NCBI GenBank assembly: GCA_002633005.1
Contig: NMRA01000233.1
Span: 496,001-560,000 of the forward strand
Length of the DNA: 64,000 bases
Origin: Phoronis australis
Lineage: Eukaryota; Animalia; Phoronida
Reading direction: 5' to 3'
Under the pieces are notes generated by a model that worked only from the letters and a program-made list of their open reading frames with translations, had not been told where the DNA came from and did not search any database. The position numbers were made by a program, and so were the translations under genes. Of this stretch, positions 26,601 through 38,600 are shown piece after piece (within the stretch, counting starts at the first letter, position 1; the number at the start of each line of letters is the position of its first letter).

Positions 26601-29600
26601 TGAATCAAATCTGCAATTGTCGTGAAATAGTCTACTAGTAGAAATGAAACTTTGACGTTTTTGTCGTATTCGCACCGTTGATTTGTTGATCCTGACCCAG
26701 ATGTGATGCCAGGATGGCGTAATGGCNNNNNNNNNNNNNNNNNNNNNNNNNNNNNNNNNNNNNNNNNNNNNNNNNNNNNNNNNNNNNNNNNNNNNNNNNN
26801 NNNNNNNNNNNNNNNNNNNNNNNNNNNNNNNNNNNNNNNNNNNNNNNNNNNNNNNNNNNNNNNNNNNNNNNNNNNNNNNNNNNNNNNNNNNNNNNNNNNN
26901 NNNNNNNNNNNNNNNNNNNNNNNNNNNNNNNNNNNNNNNNNNNNNNNNNNNNNNNNNNNNNNNNNNNNNNNNNNNNNNNNNNNNNNNNNNNNNNNNNNNN
27001 NNNNNNNNNNNNNNNNNNNNNNNNNNNNNNNNNNNNNNNNNNNNNNNNNNNNNNNNNNNNNNNNNNNNNNNNNNNNNNNNNNNNNNNNNNNNNNNGTCAT
27101 GTGACCTTTTGTGTCCATCACATCGACTTTGTCACAAAAACTTGTTCTAATTTGAACAGCTGTCTTGCAATTTGTTTGAAGGTCTTGCATCATGCTTGCA
27201 TTAGCATCCATGATTGGCTCATTAGTCCGGTCTGCTAGATAGAGGCGTAGATTTAAGTTTACATTACACGAAACTGGGGGCAGATAATCTTCATAGGGCC
27301 TATGTGTGCTCTATGCTATAGTGGTTGAAACACTTGATGTGAATTCGTGGACTGCATGGATACTTTCCCATCTTGTGTTCTTCTGTTATCAAGACCAGTT
27401 TCAATGTAATTTACTATCTGTTGTTTGTGGCTTGAGTACGCGTCCTCCACTGTCGTTCTTGTGAAAGAACAAAAATCGCAGCTATTCCCAACCACTGCAC
27501 ACACACTCGGTGTTTTGCTAAATAGCTGCACACCTGAACATAGGAGATTGTTTAGACACTACGAGCAAGTCTGTATTAAGCTTTCAGACATAAAGTTTAG
27601 TCGTGTTTTCAACAAAGTTTGAGCCACTGCAATATCGAATGTCTTAAAACGTTAAAGATGATCAATAATTTTCATTTTTGACCTGCATATTTTGTGGGAA
27701 AGTTGTTAATTTCCCTCCAAAACCAATACTCCAAGGACGGTCCCATTTTGAGATTTTGAATCAAATCTGCAATTGTCGTGAAATAGTCTACTAGTAGAAA
27801 TGAAACTTTGACGTTTTTGTCGTATTCGCACCGTTGATTTGTTGATCCTGACCCAGATGTGATGCCAGGATGGCGTAATGGCAAAAACAACTGTATCTCA
27901 CTTATGGCATTCTAGGTTACAGTAATACAACACTGATATTTGTGATGTTTTTATGAACATTTATAAACACGCCATCAAATGACTGATTGTTCTCAAGTTC
28001 AGTAAGCAACCGAATGGTAGGGTTTTGATATTTAATGTACCGAGTAACATTACGTATTGAGTGGAAGATATAAAGTAAGCAGAAGATACGTAAATGTCAT
28101 CAATAAACTTTAATTCAACTCGTGCACCATTGCAATTTAATGGAAGGGTTATCAGATATCATTAAATTTCTCTTGGTATGTTAGGCTGTGGACCGACGTC
28201 TTCCATGTTGTCCGTGAGGGAGATCACGTGTCGTGGGAGCGACTGACCGAGGATGCGGTGCCGACAAATGTCAGCAGTATCCAAGATGGTCACGAGGTGG
28301 CGTACCAGATCACGGCATACAACAGGCTGGTGGAGAAGATCTTTGATGTGGCGATAATGCAGCCAGGTGAGAAACGGAAACAAATTAGCGGGTTCAAATA
28401 TACTGAACACCGTCATGTTGAAATTCGATTTGGTATTTAAGGATATTTTGTCGCCCACGTAAACAACTTATCTCAAGGGCTTAGAAAAATGTCCAAACTT
28501 CAGAAATTAATATCTCAGAAATGGCTGATCGGATCCATATGAGATGTTCACATACTATGCTTTATGCGCTGTTCTTCCACTTTTCAATGAAAGCAAAAAG
28601 TGGAATTCTAACAAAGATTACTAGTAAAAATTAAATTTGCCAGGCTTTCTAATTTTAGAAAATATATCTTGTTTACCGTGTGAAAATCCGTATAGCTTTA
28701 TACACATCTGGCTCAATGCCTATACTTGTCAGTAAGGTCCTACATAACATTTATCTTTCTAATAAGATTTTGTCCTGTAACTCAAAACTTTGGAGTTAGT
28801 TAAAAACTCTTTATCTGCTTAATATTGGCAAGAGGGGGGATTAATATTTTTAGAGAGTTAATAGACAGCTCTGGGAAACGTTGTCCAGCTTAAATCATCT
28901 GCTTTATGACACAACGAGGAAATGATTTGACTGTCTGTTCTCTGTAATTCTCAACAACTTCTTTCCTGGGGAAAGAAGTGTTTGCTAGCAAAGAATTACT
29001 CTGGCTGAAAATGGATACTGTTAGTGTGTTCTAAGTAGTTTTCTTCGAAAGACTTTGACAGAACTCTCTCAGTATAGTAAACTTGGACAAACTCTGCCAG
29101 AATTGTTTGGCACTTAGCTGAACTTTTGACACTGTAAATTGACATTTTGTCAAACTTTTGTCGAGTTCACTGTGAGATGTGTGTCTGTGAATACACTTGC
29201 AAGGTAAGTTGTCACAGAGTGTGGGGAGAAGTGGCTATTGAAGTTTCGTTGATCTGTAGGCAGGATCGTAACGGGTTCTTGTCGGACAGTAATGGATGTT
29301 TAGTTACTGTCTTGTGCATGGAAACTTTGTCGAATTTCGACGTTGTCTTGTTTATTTTGAAAACCGTTGTACCTTGCATGAGAAAAGAAATCTATTTATG
29401 GAAAAAGAATGTTGTTAGTGAAAATGCTCAACATTTTGCGTTAGAGTTGTGCTGGCTACTTTGAGCTTTACAGAACATGTAGGTGTTACGGCTGTTATCT
29501 CTTGTGTTCTGTAGGCACCAAGGTAACACAAGCCTCGGAATGTTTCGTACACTGGCAAGACCTGGTCCATAACACAGAGTGGGGGCTCAGTTTCGCCTCG

Positions 29601-32600
29601 CCGGAGGATGCCAGAAAGTTCAAGGACACCGTATCGGTAGGTCAAGGTCAAATCATTGAGAGATTTTAGTGGGGTAGAGTTTAACTACAAGGTCAAGATC
29701 AAACCATGAAGAGATTTTAGTAAGGTTGGGTTGAACTATAAATCTTTGCTTATTTTGTTCACAGTTATGCGACCTTAGATTAATTCTGTAAGTGTATTAA
29801 TGACAACAGCACATACAGGTGCCACTCAATTTTAGAATTTTTCTCCACTGAATAATGGGCATTAAAACCAAAACCAGGGACCCCTTAACTGACTAATATC
29901 CTATTTACAGCTCCAGCAGTCTTCAGACATTGTGGCACAAATGGATCATGGTTGTTTTTTACATCTTGACATTTAACAGCATAGAGAACAAGACAAAAGT
30001 AATACAAAATACCTTTTCTCCGTAAAGACTGATAATTGTGTTAAGAACAGAAATGGCTGGTATTAATTAATTATGGACCATTATGATGAGAAAATTATGA
30101 TTGCGGAATGGCTTAGCTACCTTATTAATGTCGGTCATTAGGGAAGACTACTCTGATATTGAATTTAGCGTCCGCCCACCTGTCATGTCTGGGTATTCTG
30201 GGTCATCTTGTCTGAATTATTTTGGCTTGTGACGCAAAAACAAACTGGATGCACAAAGTGGTTTGTGATGATTATGGTGGGCTACACACGTCTGCCATAT
30301 ATATAGCCATGTGCGCTGTTACGATAAGATGTGGGTAAATCTTGGGCTGGTACTGGCACCATGACAAAATTTGCTGCAAATGACAAAGTAATGTTGCAAA
30401 TGACTAGTTGCATTTACACGGGCCACAGTTGACTTGGAGCAGCTGACGCACGCAGAACAGCTGATCGGGCAAAAGTGCATGAGCATACATGACTGTCAGA
30501 GGGCAAGTTGATACCACGGCAGCCATTTTTGACACTGGCTTATGAGGTAGAGCAAGTTGCACTTGACCAGTGTCAACTACACAATCTGAAAGCAAACTGG
30601 TTCAAGGCGGAAGGGATCATCTCATTTATCCTTGTAAGAGCAAATTTACGGGTGGTATTCCAGGAGTTTGGACATTCGCTATTCTTCATGTGAGCATGTG
30701 CAGACAGTCTTCATGTGAATGACTCATCCTTATCCAGTTTGCAATCCATTTTCATGTAATTAGAACTGAAGTGGAGCAACTTGCAGCGTGGCAACTCGCA
30801 CGGTGTCCACTGTTCCTCGTGTCAAAAAGGCTTAACTGTATGAATGGGCACTGGAGTTAACTACAACGGTTGTGTCATAACCATTAGCACAATAGCACGG
30901 CATGACTAACTGCTGATAGCGAACATTATACTCAGTCAACATATGAGCACCTAAGCCAATAGTGGCATTCAAGGGACATCATTGGCAAGAAAATTATTTT
31001 GCTGACATCAGCCTCAGAACGAAATGGAACTGGAACTCCGGTAGTTACAGCCAAATGCCCTGCTGACAGAGCTCAATCCCACTCATTAAATGTCGAGAGT
31101 ATTTTTAACCATGTTTAACTGGTATAGTCTCTGGCCTTTATTTTAACGAATGTCTGGCAGACAATGGTGAGAATGGGCATTCTGTAATCAGACGAAAAGT
31201 GGCGGTTTTGTTAATAGCTCTGTTCCAAGCTAATAATTTCAAGAAGTCTATTACATCCAATAATAATTGCAAAAATGCTTTTCGGCTGTAAAACTCATAA
31301 TGTCCCTTTAATCGACCTTTGCAAATATTGATCAAGCTTTTGACCATTGCAAGCTTTTGACCATTGCAAGCTTGCAGGATAGAGTTTAGTGTTGTTTGTG
31401 CAAAAAATAATCTTGCAAAATGTTATCATTCCAGCAACTGAAATGTTGGGTCATTCCGTCTTGATTATTGTTGGTGCGTTCTGGAAGACCACAAGTTAAT
31501 TACGCTCGGAATTATTGGAACCAATAAAATTAAGTCATCAACAAGCTTGACTGAGCTTGGTCACAATTTGCTTAACTCGTCTTCGCTCATTCACACCACC
31601 GTGGCTTTCTCGCTCAACACGTCGGGCTTATTTGCCCATATATATTTTTTTATTATATGGCACATATTTTTCAGCGTTTTTGGAATTCACGATAGCCTTA
31701 CGTAACACTCCACCTGTTGGTCTGAAAGATATTAATAATTTTGCCCACGAACTGAGAGCCTCATGTTGCCGTGAGGGTCCTGTCTGTGTGAGCTTGCTTA
31801 ACTTCGGTTGTTAAAAGGCAATGACCTGTGGAACAACTGATGATGTAAAAAGCTTGAATTACAAATCCAATTATAACAGTGTATGGTGATCTCAAGGTTG
31901 TTTTTAAACCATGGACAAGTGTGTACTATGGCACGGATGTGTTTGTTATTAACAACCTTGTGCTTTAGTAAACCACAAGTAAGATTATGTTCCCAAATGA
32001 TTTCTAAATTTTTTTTGGCTGCACTAATTTTATTATTGAACTTAAAATCCTGACGCACACACTCTCTGTTCCGTTTTGCTTTAAAACTTTTACGGTCTCT
32101 TTAAAATTGGTCTCAACGTGTTCCTTATTGAAAATAAAATTAATTTTGCTCATGGGAAGAAGTGACATTTTGCATCTACTTAAAGCCAGCCTCATTAAGT
32201 TAGGTTGGTTGGCCACGAAGCGAATTTTGAGTTGCTGCAACAAGTGCGAAAAACTGTAGTTAATCTACAAAATAATCACATTTATTGCATACGGTTATGA
32301 GATGCAGAAGCTGTTTTAAATCTGCCTTCGATAAAAAAAACTTACTGATTTAGAGCCCATAGCTCTATTAGAGCCGTCGCAATTTGTTCAAACCGAGGGA
32401 AGAAGTGATTTTTAGGCCTGGAAAGAACTGGTGATTCCTTATTATTTGGGACTGTTCTACACACAGAAAATGACTCGTCGCGAAAAGGACACCAAACCTG
32501 GTCTTGGCCTATTTACAGATTTATAAATGACTTTCCCATCCTGTTTGACTGATGAAACAAAATAGTTCTTTAACCTTCGACAGTCCTCAAAAGTTTGGAG

Positions 32601-35600
32601 CAAAATTTGGAAACTCCTTACGTACCAAGTCTAGTAAACAGGCGCGCGTGACCTATACTTTAGGCGAGTTACACAACAGCTGTAGGTTAAGATTGAATGT
32701 ACCAAGAACGTAATATCCAATATTTATAACTTAGAGAGTGTGTGTTTTAGTTGATGCCCACTCAAATGGGACGCCATTAGCCGGTTGTTGAACCAAGATT
32801 GATTGAAATCACCAAAACAGGGTTTTGTTGTCCTTTTAATTTATTGACCTTGATCTTGATCAATAGTAAACTGTTAGTTCTTCGCTTACCTTGAAATCAC
32901 CGGCTACCTGACTGAGGAAAAAATTGAGACCAGTTTTAAGTCTGACTGAAAATTTAGTTCCTTATGTAAGGCAGGTGTTTATGGTGCCTTTGGTAGACGC
33001 TCTGCTGTGTTGAGTGACTATAATTATATGATTTGCCTGTCACTGCCTGCTGTTTCTCTTAACTCTAGTCCAAAGCATGTTTTGTTGCAGACTGCACTTT
33101 CCAGGAAACTATCCGTTGGTTCGCTGAAACTCAGTCCTACTAAGGTAAAGTCACGTCTCCATGTCTCTGTCCTCGTCATATCTACATGTTGTCCTTGTCA
33201 CATCTACACATGGTCTCTCTGTGTCCTGTTTGTCTGATTACAACCAACCAAACTTGAACTTTTCAACCAGGAACTTAACCATTGCTTTGTACAGGGCTGC
33301 TTCTTTAGGCACACTGTTTACACTGGGAGGTTTCTTGCATTGCGTTGAAACAAGGCAGTTTATTGGGATTTGAATTTTTTAGGAGTGATAATACAACCAG
33401 TATAATATTAGAAACTGTTAAAAAACAACTGGTTTTGTTGCCGAGATTGTTTTCTTGAAATCACTTGAAACGGCAAGTACACCGGAAAAAATTACCGAGT
33501 TGTTCTAAAACAGTTGATATTAATTCAGTGGCCAGTGGCACGAGGACTCCGCGATGTCCCCAAAATGGATTTGTGTCACTGATTGATCTCTCCTGTTGTT
33601 TTATCTTAGTCATTACTACATCAAATTTTAGCTTTGATAATCACCAAGAGTAAATAGTTCGTTGAGTTCTTAATGTTATTGAAAATGAATAGAGGTCTTT
33701 TTGTGCTACACCCCTAATTTAAAAATTTAGTCAATATTTATTTTATTGAATATTAGGCCCAGTTTTCACAATTAAGATTAAGTTGCAAAAAATATTAGTG
33801 AGTAAACAAAGTCTTCAAGTGCCCTGAAAATGTAGGGAACATTAGGTGAATCTCTAGTGGGACTTGTTTCATACAATTTGCCCAGACATTTATGTAAAAA
33901 CCCACTGTAATAACAAGGTTAGACGTTTACATGTTTGGGCATGTCTTTCAGAGAGAGCACCATTCCTGCATTTGAATGCAACTGTAACTCACTCTAAAAT
34001 GTGATGTCTAGACTTTGAACTACACATTGTAATCCAGTTGAAAGTTAAATACAAAAATTGAATCAATTGGATATAGATTGTTATCACCCCAATCGATCTG
34101 CTTAAAAGTTTCAAGCATAAAAATGCAAAAACTATTTTGTCATGTTTGGCTCGCCTTTTACTCTTTTGAAATAATTATCATTATTTCTTACGGTTATAGG
34201 ATTTTATTTCCATGACCAACTCAAGTTGCAGGCAATGCGCTCATACAGCATTTTCAAATTTGTAACTTTAGGGTAGTAGCCAACCCTAATAAAGCCTGGA
34301 GCATTGTCTTGAGTGCTGATAGTTTCAAAGATCTTGTGGGTAATGGAAATTGAATCCTATCACGGTATGGAATATTATGAGATTGATTTTCTGAGAATGA
34401 AAGGCCTTTGATACTTATTTTTAACCAGCTAAACAGAGCGACACACAGCAGTATTGTGGCATTTCAAAATCTTCAGTTTGGGAAACGGGTGGAATTTTAT
34501 TAATTTTCAACTTTCTTAAAACGTCTTTTAATTAAGGTATCATTGAACCCATGCTGTCGGTCAAAAACACGGTTCTTATTTAGGCCACTTACAGTCATGA
34601 AATTGATCTGAAATTGTTCCTAGTCAAAATATTTTCTGGTCTTGGAAATAACTAACAGTTTGTTATTTCTTTAGATCAGACTCATAAATTTTCATGAGCT
34701 TGGTCTGAAAATAAGGTACTGTCAGTCCTTCCCAAGTACAGAGANGCACTATTCTTTTAAACTGAGTAAGGAACAAGACTAGCAATTTTGTAACGGTAGG
34801 TGGCCTAAATGAAAAGTTACTGTTTTTTGACCTAATGGTTTAATGCCACTTTAAGTAAATGTTAGACTCCTGTTAGCATGGTTTGTGTGGCACAGTCGCT
34901 ATGAAATGTTGAGGTAACAACTATGCCAAGCAAAAACTAATTTTTGAACCCTTGAAAAATAAAAACTTGATGATTTCGGCAATTGTTTTTGTCCCAAAAT
35001 AAAGAATTTTCACCACAATTTTTATTATCTGCGCACCATTGATATTTCCCTCTTACTCTGCATACCACCCACTTGTCCATCTGCTAAAGATTCTTTTACT
35101 TAGTGTAATGTTTCTGTGGTCTACCCTCGTCACCACCAATTAAACCAATTAACCCCTACTGACCTTACAAGTGCATAGTCAATTAACATATTAGCTCCAG
35201 CTTTGCCTGAAAGCCTGCTTTCAACCCATTATCAGCTAGGTGATAGCCAGATGGTGGTAAACTCTTTTGTGTTGTACGTACTCGGATATTCACAGTGCGA
35301 AGAATCACACCAACGCAATGCCATTAATTGGACCTGCAATGTGTTGGCTACATCAGTTGCTGAGGTCTAACCTCCAGATTCGAAATCCAACTCCAAATCA
35401 TTTTTGATATTTTCCGTTCTACTTTACTACAAAGGCAAGGTAAATATCTGTTTTTTTTTTCTCGAATATTCTACGCCTAAAGCAGATCTGTGTCTCGTTC
35501 AAGTTTGCACTTGATGACCCTGAAGTCTGAGCTACAAACTCGTTGACAAGTTCAATCTTGAAATTTTAAGTTCAGACTCGAACTTTTGCTTTAATGCCTG

Positions 35601-38600
35601 GGTCATCAAGTGCAAAAGAGGATTAGACGTTAATCCTCCATGAGCCATGTTACACTTGAGCACAGTATAATAGGCAGTATTATCAAGTTTGTAGTAGAGT
35701 AGTAGTAGAGTAGAACAGAAAATAATTTTCATTATGAGCATAAAAAGATTGGATCCTGGACCCAGGACATGGAAGAACTCGTTTGTTTAATATTTAATAT
35801 TTAGGGGAGACAGTATGTTTTTTCACTGTTATCTCACCAGTTTAGGTCACATTGTAGCAGAGAAGTGAAATTTTATTAAAAGCTACATTTCACCCTCAGT
35901 TAGGTTACTAAGGAAATCAAATTGGTCCTTTTGTTCTCCTGAAGTAGATCTCATATTCCATACCATGGTTGGATTTCATTTCCAATATCGTCGCGGGTGA
36001 TCAGTAAGCACATCAATTATGAATTTGCGTCTTTTTTTGAGTCGCTGATGGTTTTGATGCTCTTGTTGGTAGCGGAAACAGAATCCTGTTACGGCAAGGA
36101 GAATTATGAGATGGATTTTATGACAACAAAAGGTTCAATTAGAGTTTCATTTTTAGCCAGCTTACCGGGGTAATATGCAGTTTTTTGTAGCACCAAATAC
36201 CAATGCTTCATCGTTTTAACTTCCATACCATAACTACCACACGACAATGTTTTGAGAAATTTTGGGCATTCATAACTTGGGAATTGCAAGAAATCAATTT
36301 TGCTGAAAGTGTATTTATCTGGAGTTGGTGTGATTTTACGGTCTCAATTGTAGAAAATCAGAGAATTATTTGTTATCGCAACTGCTATTTTTTGCTTGCC
36401 TGTATCCTTTGCTGGCTCAACTGAATGAGTGAGGTCATCTGGTGCCTGTGGCTGAAACGTTTGAGAGTGACATCTATTGTCTGTACATTGTATTCTTTCA
36501 AGACTTCTAAGCATTAGATATTTTCATTAATGTCGGCTCTGAACCAAACCCTAGGTCAAAGTTCACGGTGTCAAATCATCTGCACGACATGTCCTTAAGT
36601 ATGCATTCATTGTAGTACATTGTCATTGGTTTGCAATTTATGAATATTCATGAACTACCATTAACTTTGCGATTGCTTTGACTGTACTTGAATAAAGTGT
36701 CTTTCAAACCAACGTCACTTGGGTCTTGGTTCAAAGTTTAGGGTGCAAGTAATTAGGTGGATTTAGCAGTGTAGTGTCATTGCTGTGATGTGGAGTGAAT
36801 AGTTAACTTCAGTGTCGGTTATCAGAGTTCTCACCAGGTGTCACTCTGGATAGTGCCCATGCAATAGTATTATTTTATATTTTTTCAATTATCCACCTTA
36901 CTACTATAAGCATATGTCATTTCATTTATTATCCAACCACAATACTACACCTGCCTAACATCTTTCGATCATGTTGATGACCCACTGATGAAGCTGTGAT
37001 GATTTTGGTGTCTGCTGATTACTGCCAAAGCCAGTCTAGGTTGTAATAAGTTCACAATTTTCATCGATCCTCTGGTACTGCATGGAGTTAAGTTTGTAAG
37101 AAAATGAGAAGATTTTCATGTTGTTAGTAATAGGATTCCAATTCTGCCGTTACACTGTGTTATTGATTCGAAGACCCTGCTGTGGAGTCCGACCCTGATT
37201 TGTGCTCGAAATATTCATGATTAATGTTAATCACCACGACACACGATACAGTAGCATCACATTTAACACTTCAGCCAAGCAAAACATTCCTCATTTCATA
37301 TGACTCTTATTTATTAGATTATGACCAGAAAATTATCGCCAATAACGAGTGCACACGCGTGATTTGTTTCCTCCAATTGAGAAATGGCTTGACGTCACGC
37401 ATTGGATCTTGTAACCACTGCGCAGATGTCCAAATTAGCCAATATTGCGTTGTGCTCATTTCCCATACAGTAGCTGGTTGGTAATGTGGGTTTTTGCACT
37501 ATTCTGTGTGCTTGTAGCTAGAGGCTGACTGTGCAAGCTGTCTCGTGAAACATTCATGCAGTTTTAATGTTTGTGGATCTCTGGCTCTGTCTTTATCCCT
37601 GTGTTGTATTTTCCCCTATGTTGTTGTTGGATTAGATTTGCAAGAAAGTGTAAAATGGTTTTGGCATGTGTTAAAAATAATCCATTCTATCGCTTAGGTG
37701 ATAATTGTTTTTTAATTTGTTTGTTTCAGATGATTTTTGACTGAAACATTTGCTTTTGTCATTCTTGTCGTGAAAGGTATATTTAGGAAAGCTGGTGGTG
37801 CATTATGGTCTTGATTTGTCATGTTTAGAAAATGTAATGATTGCAGGTGAAGTGCACCGTGTGGTTTGTATGTTTACTCATTTGAAAGTTTTAATTTGAT
37901 GAATTAATTTTTTTCCAGAAATTGAGAAGTAAGCTGGGTGCTTCAACCCCCGACTCATTGGATTCACTGAAGCCTCGGCGAGTCTTGTCTTCCCCGGAAC
38001 AAATCAACTCAATCTCTCAAGATGACACAAACAACCACTATGAGGGTCGCAGTGATATGAGTCCGACCAAGAAACACGGGGTCGTCGAAAGTCTAGTAAC
38101 CATTCCACGTGGCCGACAACCGAGAATGGACAGTCGGACAGTATTCATGCAGGCTTCACTGAACGACAATCCGTCAACGACTTCCTCCATGTATGACAAC
38201 TTAACGCTTCAAAAACGGAACGAGCGGTTACGGCAGAATTCCGTGGAGCGCTATGAACCTAAAAATACTCTCTCGCCTGATAACCTCAAAGCCATTTTAT
38301 TCGGTAGTCAAGATAATCGTCTTGATGATGATCAAAAGGACTCTGTATATGCTCCGCACTCGTCTTCCTCTAGCTCTCCTGAATGGCCGGCTCCGCCAGA
38401 ACCTTTGGTGCAGGAGACAGTGGAGACACCTATGTGTAGTGCTAGTTTTGACAGTAATGCTCTTAAGAAAATGTTACGGACGCTTCCGACACCAACAGAA
38501 ACTGACGACGAGACGCCAACAGCCTCTTATCGCTCAGTGGCTCCGGCTGTGCAACGAACTCATAGTCTTAATGTGCACGATCGATCTCCGGGTGACAATT

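Noticed and set aside
26516-27211. Long ORFs of 133-231 aa across the first gap (and 54037-54681 across the second)
   Set aside because: They consist mostly of N-derived X residues.
31332-31373. 17-bp tandem repeat GCAAGCTTTTGACCATT x2.5
   Set aside because: Ordinary local slippage duplication.
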